Origin: a virus | Lineage: Duplodnaviria > Caudoviricetes | DNA length: 60,199 nucleotides | Reading direction: 5' to 3' (one strand) | Virus record (IMG/VR): IMGVR_UViG_3300027805_000014 | Coordinates: 1-60,199 of that record | Shown here: one piece after another, positions 49,681 through 59,299 of the stretch | Position numbering within the stretch: the stretch's first letter is position 1 | Layout: each line of letters starts with the position of its first letter | Notes under the pieces: generated by a model | Seen by the model: the letters and a program-made list of their open reading frames with translations, nothing else | Database searches by the model: none | What the model was told of the DNA's origin: nothing | Made by a program: the position numbers and the translations under genes

Positions 49681-51218
49681 CTTAGGATCAACTTCAAGTT
49701 GCCACAATCAGAAATTCTATACCAGCCGGATGATAGCATATTGTCAGTTTCTGATTTACTTTCATCAAAATCTGAACCAAGAACGGTGGCAAGCCGGTGC
49801 TTCATGGTCTGGTAGCGCGTTAGCCGCTGTGAAGATTTGACCCACAGATAATTTGGTGCCGTTTGTGAAACGACGGAAAAACCAATCTGTTTATAGCCTG
49901 CGCCATTAGATATTCTCAAGTCAGCGAAGGATATTATGCTTCCTGGAGATGTTCTTCTAAAATGCGCAATTAGCCTAGAAAGACCACCGACCACCGCATC
50001 TTGCGCGGCGAACCTAATCAATTCAGTTTCCCTCTTTTTGTTGAACCTATTTTTACCAAAAACAGCCACCGCAACCACTTCACCGTCGTGCCGAAGTGCA
50101 GTGTACTTAGCTCCTGCCGCGAACCCTGAAAGATGAGTTCTTTCTAGGAAACTTCTTGCTTCAGTTGAATCTATAGTGACTACCTCACACTGCCGGGCAT
50201 GGATCTTCCGTAGCAGCTTTAGTTTTGCACGAATAATGTTAAAAACAATTTCAGGCTTTTCATTTATTTCAAAATCCCAAAAGTGTAAAAGTTGAATACC
50301 CTGTTGAGCAGCAAGTTTTGTCTTATCTAACAAAGAATGCTTTGCTCTAAAGTCATTGTGCCAATATTGTCCATTTACCTCTATGGCAATTTTATAATCT
50401 GGCAGCACAAAGTCCAGCTCTAAGGGTGAAATCACACGCCTACAATTTTCCCTAAATGGGATACCAAGCTGCTTCAAAAAGTCAGATATCACGCTCTGCG
50501 GTCTTGATCTTGGGGCGCACGTTGGACACACAGGAAGCTGCCCCTTTATCAGACGCTGCTCAAAACGCGTGCCACATTTGGGGTGCTGCCAGCCGTAAAA
50601 GTGACTCATCCCCTTCCACACTGGGGCTTCAGCAATTAAGCAGCCTGTAGCGTTAGCAATCACCTGCAACCGCCTATAAAATCCGTCACCAGAAAAAGAC
50701 TGCGATCTAGCTTCAGCCGCAATCTTTTTCACATATGCAGTGTGGAGCGGGTCTATTGAATATTTGGATTTTCTCGTCTGTTTTATTCTATCTGCAATTA
50801 CTTGAACCTGTGCGGGATTTTCCGCACCGTACCGTGTAAGCATCGTTTTCTTTTTCTGTTTTTGCACATCAGGAACAGCCATATTATGGCTGACACCATA
50901 TTTTTTCTGTAAGGTTTTTGCAGATTTTTGGTGCGTTTCTTTACTTGATAATGTGCATTTGGGGGAGCAAAAAGCTGCAAATTTTCGCTTCTTGAGACTA
51001 GGTGAGGTGAATTTCCCACAATTCAAACAGATGGGCCTTTCTGATACATTTAAAAGTACAGCTAAGAATTTTTCATCTGTGGTTTTAAAATCTCCCAGCT
51101 CTTGGTTTTTAAGAGACTTTTTGAAGCTTCTAACCTGTGCATTGGCAAATGGAACTTTTGCTGTACTTGGGACCTTATCAAGTAGAACCATTAGCTTATC
51201 GTGCAGTTCAGATATCAT
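49677..51218 (-). mobile_element. Free-standing homing-endonuclease-like gene inserted between the split-intein halves
   Basis: CLNC..FCSPKC, KKYGV/RYGA repeats, ELDF..IAIEVNGQYWH (PD-(D/E)XK/Vsr-like), C-terminal ARQC..ELIRFA..SFADLR..DCG domain; overlaps both pol halves. Confidence 0.82.
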
Positions 51219-53463
51219 TTTCTAAACAAATAAAATCATCAGAGGAAAGAATATCGGATGCTTTTACCTCAATCAATTCATCATTTCGTCTAACCATAAT
51301 GCTGTGATCTCCAGTAACTATCACTTCTTTGCCATCTTCGAGCGTTATCTTCCACTTCGGCTTGCTCACGCGGTGTCGATAAACTGCGCGTACAGGTTTA
51401 TGTTTGACACCATTTGTCGTAAAGCACGGGCTTGTTAGATTTTCAGATGTCGCAAACTGCTTATCACCACTTTCCCACTTCAACGGCAGCAGATTGAACA
51501 ACTCCTCTATGGTTGTATCTCCCGCCGATGAACGAACCATCGTCGTTCCATCAACGCTGTCAGTATCACCGTAGATGATGGTGCTTCCACCAGCAATGTA
51601 AACGTGAGCTGGCTTTCCATCTTCATCAACTGATGTCTGCTTCTGCAGCTTCATCTCAACATCAGGCTCAAGCAGCGAGTGAATGGTCTCCATCATGTGG
51701 GTCGTAATCTGGCGTCCGCATGCAGTTACAGATGCGCCCATCTCCTTTCGCCCAAACCTAAAGGCTGCGTTCAACAAAGCCCCGTAGGTACTGTTGAGCT
51801 GAATTTTTTTAGTGAGCTGTAGCAGGTCATAGTGCTCAGCTTGCCTCTCATATTCCGCCTTCTTGACTGGATCTTTCTCTTCCTTCGCAAGCTTGGTGTA
51901 CTTCTTCTTTTCAGCCTGGAGGCGCTTACGCTCTGCAAACCAGAATGTTAGCGTGTCTGCAACAAGACCCTGTCCAGAGCTTTGGTCAAAGACCGAGCCG
52001 TACGCTGATATAGCCCACTTCTTCTCTTTCAGTAAATGCCGCCACTGACTACCAGTAGCTTCAAAGATCTCACCGTCGTCGAACTTCAAGTAGTGCATCT
52101 GATCATCACCGCTGACCATGATGCCTCGCCAATCAGTCTCACCTTCCACGAACTGACCAATGAATTTCTCGGGAGAGATGTTGAGGGCACGAATAACAGA
52201 TGGGTACAGCGAGTTGATGTCAACCGAACCAATCCACTCGTGCATTCCGATGTGGGGATTAAGCACAAGCGCGCCCTCTACCTTCTCACCGTCAGTCATC
52301 ATCCGCTTGTCAGGGACGATGAGATTGTGGACGTTGTGGGCTCGGTTGGCGATACCTGTCTCGACGTAGCGCACCGTACCGAGGATGTTCTCGAAGAGAC
52401 AGGTATTCTCGTGCGCCATCTGGTTGACCAGCTGGATGAACTTGAACTTGGTATCTAGATCTACTAGACCCCCAACGTCCCGGAAATTATAGGCCACAAA
52501 TCGAGGGAAGTCATTCTTGTACAGCTGTTCAAGAGTGCCTTCGTAGTGGAGCTTCGCTAGCCCAATCTCCTCCTGTAGGATGTTGCCAAGTGAGTAGGAG
52601 GTCCGTCCTTCAAAGGTAAACTTCTTGAAAAGATCTAGATAGTCCAGATGAGTTCGACCGCTTAGCGTATACACCATTTCCTGAGAGCCAAAACGTTCAA
52701 CAAATCGTTGACGTGGCCCTGGGCATCCAATGAAGCACATCTTCTTAAGAAGGTGCTGTGCCTGCAGCTCAAGCCGGCGCACGATGTACGGAATATCGAA
52801 GAACTCTGAGTTCCACCCGCTGATGATGTCAGCGTCCTGGATGTCATCAAGCATGCACATCAGGAGCTCTGTCTCGTGACGACAGATCTTGATGATCGGT
52901 TTGTCACCCTCTCGAAGCTCGCCCTTTACAACGAGCGCTTGGAACTCAGCTTCAATGTCCTCAACGGTGCCGTTCCAAATGGTGCCATCTTCCTGAATTG
53001 GCGGAAGTACATAGGTCTTGTACTGACGTGTCCAGGACTGCCAGACAGTAACGGCGTTGATGCGGGCATAGGGGTTTGACGGACCAGCGAAGCCGATCTT
53101 CGAGGAGTAGTCCACCTCGATGTCGAGGAACGCGTAGTTGACTACCGGTGTGGGTAGGTCGTGGTACTCATTCATCAGCACCTTGAAGAGCGGTGGAATG
53201 TCGCTCTCGTACTTCACCGGGCACTGGCGCGCGCCCTGTTTGAACTCATCTTCCGTATCGAAAACCAGTTTTTCTAGCGCTCTCCCGTCAAGACCCTTGT
53301 ATGTCCCGGTCTCTGAAGGAACATAGAAATAATGCGGGGCTTTGAAGGTTCGACGCTTTCGTCCCTCCTCAGTACGTTCCCAGACAACAACAGCGTCATT
53401 GTCCCAGTCTCGGATAGCGCCAACGTAGTTAGGTTTAGTCATTCGCCAGTTGATCAACTTCAC
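51208..53463 (-). CDS. polB: Family B DNA polymerase N-terminal part, ending in 116-aa split-intein N-fragment (51558..51211)
   Basis: DIEVD, GWNSEFFD, YNFRD (exo); DINSLYPS, KIQLNSTYG, YGDTD|SVDG; intein block B VTGDHS. Confidence 0.93.
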   Translation of the reverse strand: MKLINWRMTKPNYVGAIRDWDNDAVVVWERTEEGRKRRTFKAPHYFYVPSETGTYKGLDGRALEKLVFDTEDEFKQGARQCPVKYESDIPPLFKVLMNEYHDLPTPVVNYAFLDIEVDYSSKIGFAGPSNPYARINAVTVWQSWTRQYKTYVLPPIQEDGTIWNGTVEDIEAEFQALVVKGELREGDKPIIKICRHETELLMCMLDDIQDADIISGWNSEFFDIPYIVRRLELQAQHLLKKMCFIGCPGPRQRFVERFGSQEMVYTLSGRTHLDYLDLFKKFTFEGRTSYSLGNILQEEIGLAKLHYEGTLEQLYKNDFPRFVAYNFRDVGGLVDLDTKFKFIQLVNQMAHENTCLFENILGTVRYVETGIANRAHNVHNLIVPDKRMMTDGEKVEGALVLNPHIGMHEWIGSVDINSLYPSVIRALNISPEKFIGQFVEGETDWRGIMVSGDDQMHYLKFDDGEIFEATGSQWRHLLKEKKWAISAYGSVFDQSSGQGLVADTLTFWFAERKRLQAEKKKYTKLAKEEKDPVKKAEYERQAEHYDLLQLTKKIQLNSTYGALLNAAFRFGRKEMGASVTACGRQITTHMMETIHSLLEPDVEMKLQKQTSVDEDGKPAHVYIAGGSTIIYGDTDSVDGTTMVRSSAGDTTIEELFNLLPLKWESGDKQFATSENLTSPCFTTNGVKHKPVRAVYRHRVSKPKWKITLEDGKEVIVTGDHSIMVRRNDELIEVKASDILSSDDFICLENDI

Positions 53464-53764
53464 CCATTACGATTTCTACCAGCGTGAGTTGCTGCTCAAG
53501 GCCTTCTTTTCGGGTCTGATAGTCATTGTTGAATGTCATCGCCACGAAGTTGTTGAAGAGCTGTGGCTTCAAGCCAAGATCTTCAAGAGCGGCGTCACGC
53601 AAGCCCTTGATGATTGATTGCTCATGCGCAATTTTGGTCTTTGATTGAACTGCTTCATCAACTAGATGCTGAAGCTTATTCTTGGATGAAGGGTCGCGCA
53701 TGATCTCTTCGATGCTACGAAACTTCTTCGGCTTTGCTTCAACCAATTCATTACGCTTAGGCAT
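53435..53764 (-). CDS. Putative dsDNA-binding protein (T4 DsbA-like)
   Basis: AAGGAG RBS before MPKR; KLQHLVDEA..IKGLRDAA..LGLKP pattern. Confidence 0.5.
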   Translation of the reverse strand: MPKRNELVEAKPKKFRSIEEIMRDPSSKNKLQHLVDEAVQSKTKIAHEQSIIKGLRDAALEDLGLKPQLFNNFVAMTFNNDYQTRKEGLEQQLTLVEIVMGEVDQLAND

Positions 53765-53844
53765 TTTTTTCTCCTTAAAGGTGATTGCTCTAATGCATTT
53801 TACAGCATTGGCCAACCGTTGAAAACAAGATTTTTATGATTGCT

Positions 53845-54261
53845 CTAGTTGAGCTGATGAGCTGTAGAAATCTTTGCACCATACACGCGTAGCTGACCTA
53901 CCGCGTAAATTTGACCTGTTTTTTCCATGGCCTTGTCATAGATCCAAAGCCTACACACTTCACCCTCAGTCCAATCTTTAGAAAGCGTTGAAATTCCGGT
54001 GTATACAGGGTTAATTTCTGATGCAACCTTAAGCTTGATGGGCTCTGATGAGGCATTCATTTTCTTAGCCACATCCTCCATCAACGCTCTGCCTGACATA
54101 ACGCATTCATCATATGAATTAAAGTTCCGTGACAACATAGTCGCGCGAGAAATATTCGAAAGTGACGCGTCGAAGGCAAAACTGTTGTTTCCTTGCTGTA
54201 AATATAAGGAGCAAGAGTAATTAAAGGTGTTAAGCTTCTCAATTGAGCTGGCGGTGCTCAT
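53845..54261 (-). CDS. Hypothetical protein
   Basis: ORF in operon. Confidence 0.55.
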   Translation of the reverse strand: MSTASSIEKLNTFNYSCSLYLQQGNNSFAFDASLSNISRATMLSRNFNSYDECVMSGRALMEDVAKKMNASSEPIKLKVASEINPVYTGISTLSKDWTEGEVCRLWIYDKAMEKTGQIYAVGQLRVYGAKISTAHQLN

Positions 54262-54691
54262 GTCTTTCTATGATCTCCGAGTACGATGGTAGCTGAAATG
54301 GATGGTACTGTGCCTTAGCTGTTATCAGATTTTCCTCGTCTTTGGTGATGTTGACCAGCTTTATGGTATAGGCATTTCCATCTAATCCGGTAAACTTTAG
54401 GGAATCCCCTCGATCCTCAGCATCTAGAACAGAATCGAGTTTCTCAATGTCAGACGGGATGAATATGGGATTAAACTGTTCTTCTTTATTTGACTGTGAA
54501 AGATGCTTCTGTATTAAATCGACTATATTGTCAAGCCCATTTAACGCCTCAACATCATAGGAAAAATCCACCGACATCAGATCAACGCCAATAATATCAC
54601 TTGCTGCGACGGGTGATAGGCGCGATGCAACATGCTGAGCTGCATCTGCTCTTGTATAGAGAGAGAAAAAGCAAGGTAACTTGTCATTCAT
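54239..54691 (-). CDS. Hypothetical protein
   Basis: ATGA-coupled ORF. Confidence 0.55.
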   Translation of the reverse strand: MNDKLPCFFSLYTRADAAQHVASRLSPVAASDIIGVDLMSVDFSYDVEALNGLDNIVDLIQKHLSQSNKEEQFNPIFIPSDIEKLDSVLDAEDRGDSLKFTGLDGNAYTIKLVNITKDEENLITAKAQYHPFQLPSYSEIIERHEHRQLN

Positions 54692-55845
54692 ATGTCTGGA
54701 CCAACAATCACTTTTCCATCTACTACGAGTTGTTCACTATCTCCCAAAATTTCAGTTTTTATAGTTAGCTCTGGATTAAATCTGTGAACAGTAGAAGATG
54801 GAAAGTGGGTAGATAAAGAACTCTCAGAAATTTCTAGAACTAGAGAATCACCTTTGTTATGGTACTTTAGGTATTCAGAGGTGGAATTTAAGGATGAAAG
54901 AGTAGCGCCTACGTCATTGTATCTGTCTACGTGGCTATATGGCTTTCTTGCAAAAACGAAGAAGCAGCTTTCAAGTGGAACATCGCCAAAACCAGTCACT
55001 GTGGCGTCTGAATATGGAAACAATACTGAATCCACTGGCAAAATGGTATTTTGGAAAACGTCAAAAGTAAATAGGTAGAAGTTTTGTGAGGAAACTCCAT
55101 TGAACCTAGTTATATGAGAAACATTTTCCCATGCCCCAGAATAAAGACGAGTTTCATCATCTCTGTTACGGCTGAAAGTAACGATGAATGGTTCAGCTTC
55201 AGTGAACTTTGAAACTACTATTTCAACTTGAAATATTCCATCTGGTAGAATGGGTGAGTTGAACTTGACGGTGTTAGATGGGGCTGGTGGGGCGACTGTT
55301 CCATCATCCAGCTGGTAGTCATTCACGCCTGTCCCGCGCGAAAGCAGGACACCATTCAAGTAAACTTTTACATCATCGGGCGTTGGGCCCCATGCCTTAA
55401 AGCGAAGAGTTTTTGCCGAAAGCCCATCCTCCACGCCTGAGATAGAAGTAAATTGACTGCTTCTTCTAAAGACGTAGGACTTAAATTCTTTTGGGATAGC
55501 ATCCTTTGCGATAAGCTTAAGAACAGCGCTGGAGGTATCAGCCGGCGCCTCGTTGAGATGTACAGCCAAAACTAGCTGCTGTTTTTCGCCAGTTGACGTA
55601 TCTATAAATCTAGTTTCACCTTTTTGCGAGATGCTAGATGGCGAGGTCCCCCGTTGATACCAATCAACAATTCCAATCTCTGGCGCGGGTGTTATAGATG
55701 CGTCAGACCTATATTCAAGTGGAAAAAGCCTGCCCTCGCACCTTAGAGTTATGGTGCACTTATCTGGCGAGTATCTAATGTTGTCGACTAACTTGTCAAC
55801 AGTTCTCTTGCAAACGCTGCAGGCTAAACGCAGGTATTTTTTCAT
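54688..55845 (-). CDS. Hypothetical protein with N-terminal Cys cluster
   Basis: CSVC..CTITLRC; VKVYLNGVLL beta module. Confidence 0.6.
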   Translation of the reverse strand: MKKYLRLACSVCKRTVDKLVDNIRYSPDKCTITLRCEGRLFPLEYRSDASITPAPEIGIVDWYQRGTSPSSISQKGETRFIDTSTGEKQQLVLAVHLNEAPADTSSAVLKLIAKDAIPKEFKSYVFRRSSQFTSISGVEDGLSAKTLRFKAWGPTPDDVKVYLNGVLLSRGTGVNDYQLDDGTVAPPAPSNTVKFNSPILPDGIFQVEIVVSKFTEAEPFIVTFSRNRDDETRLYSGAWENVSHITRFNGVSSQNFYLFTFDVFQNTILPVDSVLFPYSDATVTGFGDVPLESCFFVFARKPYSHVDRYNDVGATLSSLNSTSEYLKYHNKGDSLVLEISESSLSTHFPSSTVHRFNPELTIKTEILGDSEQLVVDGKVIVGPDI

Positions 55846-56081
55846 TGTGTCCTTACGGTTCTGTACTGTCGAAGTACTACGTTGACATCACCGCAGTTGA
55901 AGGCATGCCCATTTTCAAAATTGACGACCTTAATACATGTTCCAGCTTGGTCCACGTGAACTTCAGGCAGCATCTTATAGCTACTGTACATGCTATTTAG
56001 CGTAAAAAGCAGCGTCGTCAGCGCGCTAACTAAAACACATAGAATAAACAGCTGCGCATTAGACAAAGTAACAAACTTCAT
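55842..56081 (-). CDS. Small membrane-anchored protein
   Basis: One TM segment then a Cys pair. Confidence 0.55.
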   Translation of the reverse strand: MKFVTLSNAQLFILCVLVSALTTLLFTLNSMYSSYKMLPEVHVDQAGTCIKVVNFENGHAFNCGDVNVVLRQYRTVRTQ

Positions 56082-56290
56082 TAGTTCTTTTCCTGTTTAA
56101 TTTCTACTTTGAACAACGTAGCAGGGTTAACCCATTTTTTCCAGGTTCCGTCGTAGTCATTTACTGGAGTGATTTCTACCAGCACCTGTGACTTTCCGCC
56201 AGGAAGGGGACGAGAAGCTTCTCGCCCCGTCTTCCTGACTTCTACTTCACCATGAACGTATGTTTCAGACAATTTCACCCCCTTGGCCAA
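56081..56290 (-). CDS. Small hypothetical protein
   Basis: Tight coupling with neighbours. Confidence 0.55.
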   Translation of the reverse strand: MAKGVKLSETYVHGEVEVRKTGREASRPLPGGKSQVLVEITPVNDYDGTWKKWVNPATLFKVEIKQEKN

Positions 56291-56625
56291 ACGCGTTGAA
56301 CTGGGATGTTCAGCCCTTCAGAACCACAGAAGCCAGTCCAGAGAGAAATCATTTTTTCTGCTCCAATCGGATTTGCGGTGTGGATTTGAATCTGCTGAAC
56401 TTCTCGCAGACTCCACCTTTCATCCAGGTGGCCCTCAATCAGATGCCACATGAACTTGAAGGCGGTGTCATCTCCGCCCAGATCATGATCAAAGCTGATC
56501 TGGGCAGGAAGGCCCTTTTCTTCAACAAGACGAATTGCTTCAGTGGAAGAACGTGCAATGGCACACTCAAAGTGCCAACCAGCATCCTGCGGAACTCTCT
56601 CATCATCCACAAACAGGTTCCACAT
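56275..56625 (-). CDS. Stand-alone receiver-like protein (cyclic-phosphate-processing REC family)
   Basis: LFVDDERVP, ISFDHDLG, IHTANPIG. Confidence 0.7.
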   Translation of the reverse strand: MWNLFVDDERVPQDAGWHFECAIARSSTEAIRLVEEKGLPAQISFDHDLGGDDTAFKFMWHLIEGHLDERWSLREVQQIQIHTANPIGAEKMISLWTGFCGSEGLNIPVQRVWPRG

Positions 56626-56694
56626 TTTGGTTTTATCCTTTTTGGTGTCAGGACGACATTATAACACACTTCTGCAAAGATTGACAGCTTTTTA

Positions 56695-57297
56695 CTAGCT
56701 GTTTAGTACCGAATTTACAATTTCTCTAATTCCCCGAAGAACATTTAGAGCCATTCTGGCATCCCCAAGCGCATCATGAATATCTGGTCGTTCTCCATTG
56801 AAAAACGGAAAAACGTCATTCGACCGATACTTACCGATTGCACCGAACGCCAGGCTTGATGTGTCAATCACGACGTGATGCAGATCAGGCATCACCCCGT
56901 AGGGGGCAAGCAGCTGACGCATTGCCTCAATGTCAAACCACGGATTGTGATTTGCGAACATTACCTTGCCGGTCCCAAAATGGTTAAGAATAAACTCGGC
57001 AAGTTCAGCTGCGGCTTCTTCTTTCTCAAGACCTTCAACTTCCAGCTGTTCTCGAGTGATGCCATGTATCTTTTCAGCACCCTCTGACCACTCGTACTTT
57101 GGGTCAAATTTTACTTTAAAGCTTAAGCTTGCTACTTCCTCAAACGTGTCAGAAGTAGCGACAACTGCACCGAAGGCTATGGCTTGAAATTTTGAGAATG
57201 TTTCTTCATAGCTTGCGAAAGTAGAACCAGTGGTTTCAACATCTAGTACTAGAATGTACTTCCCAGGGTGAGCGTTACTGTAGAAAGGCTTAGTCAT
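56695..57297 (-). CDS. DEDDh 3'-5' exonuclease (DnaQ-like)
   Basis: LDVETTG, HNPWFD, IDT, HDALGDA. Confidence 0.88.
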   Translation of the reverse strand: MTKPFYSNAHPGKYILVLDVETTGSTFASYEETFSKFQAIAFGAVVATSDTFEEVASLSFKVKFDPKYEWSEGAEKIHGITREQLEVEGLEKEEAAAELAEFILNHFGTGKVMFANHNPWFDIEAMRQLLAPYGVMPDLHHVVIDTSSLAFGAIGKYRSNDVFPFFNGERPDIHDALGDARMALNVLRGIREIVNSVLNS

Positions 57298-57541
57298 ATT
57301 CCCTCACATGTTCAGGCGGAAAGGGCCACACGCCATCGTACTTGTCTTCTGCAATTTTAGATTTCTTGGCAAACTTCTTTTTTGTCAGCGTAAGTTCGGG
57401 TATTTTCGTCTCATTTACGTCAACATCAATCGTATAACGGTTACCGTTATTGCCATACAGGATTAATTGATTGATGCATGTAGCGTCAACCTTCAAAATG
57501 GTCACGCCCACTAGTTTTTGAAAGCTGGTTTCTCTGCTCAT
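57290..57541 (-). CDS. Hypothetical protein
   Basis: Coupled ORF. Confidence 0.55.
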   Translation of the reverse strand: MSRETSFQKLVGVTILKVDATCINQLILYGNNGNRYTIDVDVNETKIPELTLTKKKFAKKSKIAEDKYDGVWPFPPEHVREYD

Positions 57542-58149
57542 AGCGTCCTCAAGAAATTATCAACCTCATCAACACGCCCGTCAACTGAAGTCTCTTTAAC
57601 GTAGTAGGATGGCATTGAAATGAGATCAAAGCGCTGTGTGAAGCGTTCAATGCTTTCCCAAACCGTGTTAACAGAAGAAAAACTGGCACGATTAGGATCT
57701 CCTGCCCATTGCACGTGGCTCATAAAGGGTAAAAGTATAATCGCGTCATAACAGCGACTTTGCGCGGCTATGCATCTTCCCGTATAGTCATGGAGCCACG
57801 CGACGGCGTCAGAAAATTCCCATTTTTGAGCATCAACTAATTCCCAAGTCCAGTACGTGGTATACGCGCAGATATCAGCGAAGGTTCGTTCTGTGAGAAC
57901 AATGTCCTGACTTGCAGTAGACCTAAGCTCCTGGTCTCGTTTTAGCTTCTGCGCTAGGACTTCTTCCTGAAAACGCTGCATGGTTTCTACGTTGTCAAGA
58001 ACCGTATCCAGTCTATCCCAACCAAGCTGCGCTTGTACCGCGCGAGAAACTTTAAAGTAGTCGACTTTCCAGCCAACGTTCCTTAGACCCCCAAGAAGGG
58101 TGCTCTTTCCTCCACCTTGGGCACCAGACAATCCAACAACCTTAGACAT
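57538..58149 (-). CDS. P-loop nucleotide kinase-like protein (AAA_28/NadR-like)
   Basis: GLSGAQGGGKSTLL; LTERTFAD..AY; YDAIILLP. Confidence 0.75.
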   Translation of the reverse strand: MSKVVGLSGAQGGGKSTLLGGLRNVGWKVDYFKVSRAVQAQLGWDRLDTVLDNVETMQRFQEEVLAQKLKRDQELRSTASQDIVLTERTFADICAYTTYWTWELVDAQKWEFSDAVAWLHDYTGRCIAAQSRCYDAIILLPFMSHVQWAGDPNRASFSSVNTVWESIERFTQRFDLISMPSYYVKETSVDGRVDEVDNFLRTL

Positions 58150-58527
58150 TTACCCTCCGTAGATAATCTTCTGCAGAGGCTTGAGGTCTCGTTCTAGTTC
58201 TTCTGCAGTTAGATCCTTCGCGTGATAACCTAGATTGTCTAGTGAAAACTGCAAGAAGTGAAAAGAAACCACGCGCATGGGTTGCACATTCAGGTACATC
58301 ATCGGGGATGTTGCCCAACTGCCATCTCCCCGTTGATTGAGCGTGTAGTGGCTTATTGCTCTTTCAGATAGAAATTGATGAATAAAGCCCATCAAGCTTT
58401 GGCTTCGCTTTAGTTGAGCTATTCCTCGTGCTATCGCGGTGGACATTTTTCCACCCTCCACGCCTGTTATAGAGGTTCCTATAACCTTGACTAACTGTTT
58501 CTGTTTCTGTTTCTGTTTCTGTTTCAT
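58150..58527 (-). CDS. Hypothetical protein starting M(KQ)5
   Basis: First gene of the - strand block. Confidence 0.5.
   Translation of the reverse strand: MKQKQKQKQKQLVKVIGTSITGVEGGKMSTAIARGIAQLKRSQSLMGFIHQFLSERAISHYTLNQRGDGSWATSPMMYLNVQPMRVVSFHFLQFSLDNLGYHAKDLTAEELERDLKPLQKIIYGG
58495..58524. repeat. Hexanucleotide microsatellite (CTGTTT)x5
   Basis: Read directly; abuts the ATG at 58527. Confidence 0.95.
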
Positions 58528-58607
58528 ACTTGGGCCCATTGCAATTTACATTGATTATAACTGCATTTTTCATTTTATCTGGTAAAATACAGGACGTACC
58601 AACCTGT

Positions 58608-58615
58608 CATAAATA
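58608..58615 (+). promoter_or_regulatory. Putative late promoter CATAAATA in front of the LRR array
   Basis: Exact motif 30 bp upstream of ATG 58646. Confidence 0.65.
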
Positions 58616-58645
58616 CGAAATGATTGCTTTCTGCGCTGATTAATT

Positions 58646-59299
58646 ATGAAGCTACTTGAGATAAAACAGAAGTCAGTTGCTGACCTGAAGATAGAGTACA
58701 CAGGTGGTGGCTTCTACTGCTACAACAACAAGCTGACATCCCTTGAAGGTGCACCATCCCATGTAGGTGGTAGCTTCTTCTGCGACCACAACCAGCTGAC
58801 ATCCCTTGAAGGTGCCCCATCCCATGTAGGTGGTGCCTTTGCCTGCTACAACAACAAGCTGACATCCCTTGAAGGTGCACCATCCCATGTAGGTGGTGAC
58901 TTTTCCTGCTACCACAACAAGCTGACATCCCTTGAAGGTGCACCATCCCATGTAGGTGGTGACTTCTTCTGCAGTCTCAACAAGCTGACATCCCTTGAGG
59001 GTGCACCGCCCCATGTAGGTGGTGCTTTCTACTGCAGCAGCAATAAGCTGACATCCCTCAAGAACATCCACAAGATCATCAGAGAGATAAATGGTGTATT
59101 TTACTGTTACCACAACCCAATCAAGGAAGGTCTGCTGTATATCCTGCTTGTAAAGGGGGTAACGTTGGTAGATACCCCATTCCCAGACGCAGATGAGATC
59201 ATCAACGAGTACCTTGAAACAAATCCATCTGGTTCAATTAGAGCAGCGCTGGACGTGCAGCAGCTGCTCTCAGACGCGGATGTGGAGTATCCAAGATGA
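58646..59299 (+). CDS. Variable LRR protein (6 repeats + cap)
   Basis: MKLLEI leader; six GGxFxCxxN(K/Q)L units. Confidence 0.88.
   Translation: MKLLEIKQKSVADLKIEYTGGGFYCYNNKLTSLEGAPSHVGGSFFCDHNQLTSLEGAPSHVGGAFACYNNKLTSLEGAPSHVGGDFSCYHNKLTSLEGAPSHVGGDFFCSLNKLTSLEGAPPHVGGAFYCSSNKLTSLKNIHKIIREINGVFYCYHNPIKEGLLYILLVKGVTLVDTPFPDADEIINEYLETNPSGSIRAALDVQQLLSDADVEYPR

Noticed and set aside
49677-51218. Group I intron or pseudogenised polymerase
   Set aside because: Both halves carry intact intein motifs and the ORFs overlap with no room for a ribozyme
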